Of a DNA stretch of 64,000 bases, positions 63,837-64,000 are shown piece by piece. This stretch comes from Candidatus Latescibacterota bacterium (GTDB taxonomy: Bacteria > Latescibacterota > UBA2968). The stretch spans positions 4,352,001-4,416,000 of the forward strand of contig OZ242195.1 in assembly GCA_965205975.1 (NCBI GenBank), in the 5' to 3' direction. How positions within the stretch are numbered: the stretch's first letter is position 1; each line of letters opens with the position of its first letter. The notes below the pieces were generated by a model. That model was not told the origin of the DNA and did not search any database. It saw nothing but the letters and a program-made list of their open reading frames with translations. The translations under genes and the position numbers were made by a program.

Positions 63837-64000
63837 TCGAATCGCTTATGCCAGTATGTACGGTCCCACTACGGGAGACCGCGTTCAGTTGGGCGATACC
63901 CATCTCGTCGTTGAGGTGGAAGATGATTATACGATTTACGGCGATGAATGCAAGTTTGGCGGGGGCAAGGTGCTGCGCGATGGTATGGGCCAGGCTACGG
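63823..64000 (+). CDS. ureC: Urease alpha subunit (5' part, truncated by window edge)
   Basis: [45 protein letters not shown]. Confidence 0.93.
   Translation, partial: MSQIDRIAYASMYGPTTGDRVQLGDTHLVVEVEDDYTIYGDECKFGGGKVLRDGMGQAT

Overview
A 64-kb bacterial chromosomal window. It is rich in PhyH-type dioxygenases, aldo/keto reductases, toxin-antitoxin (TA) modules and modular secreted proteins, which resembles sponge-associated Latescibacterota/Poribacteria-like genomes (inference only). In order it contains: (1) a >2,000-aa signal-peptide adhesin running off the left edge, missed by the ORF track; (2) msrB, a UGA-recoded UGSC-type selenoprotein with a clear SECIS-like hairpin, and a thioredoxin-fused partner; (3) housekeeping and metabolic genes (yigZ, rnd, bioA, bioD, acs); (4) an ECF sigma/anti-sigma/HtrA-like locus whose protease lacks its catalytic triad; (5) a defence island with a type II Zorya-like zorA-zorB-HNH trio coupled to higBA, plus TA relics; (6) a pectin/uronate-like cluster; (7) a frameshifted beta-propeller/sigma54 activator upstream of a secreted vanadium haloperoxidase-like protein; (8) urtA-porin-urtBCDE and a urease with a fused, eukaryote-like gamma-beta subunit. 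The most notable cross-window signal is a pair of near-identical sigma54 promoters about 45 kb apart. Each has a perfect CGATATATCG-centred palindrome upstream, suggesting that the haloperoxidase and the selenoprotein/MsrB/adhesin operon form one regulon. I saw no rRNA, tRNA or CRISPR array.
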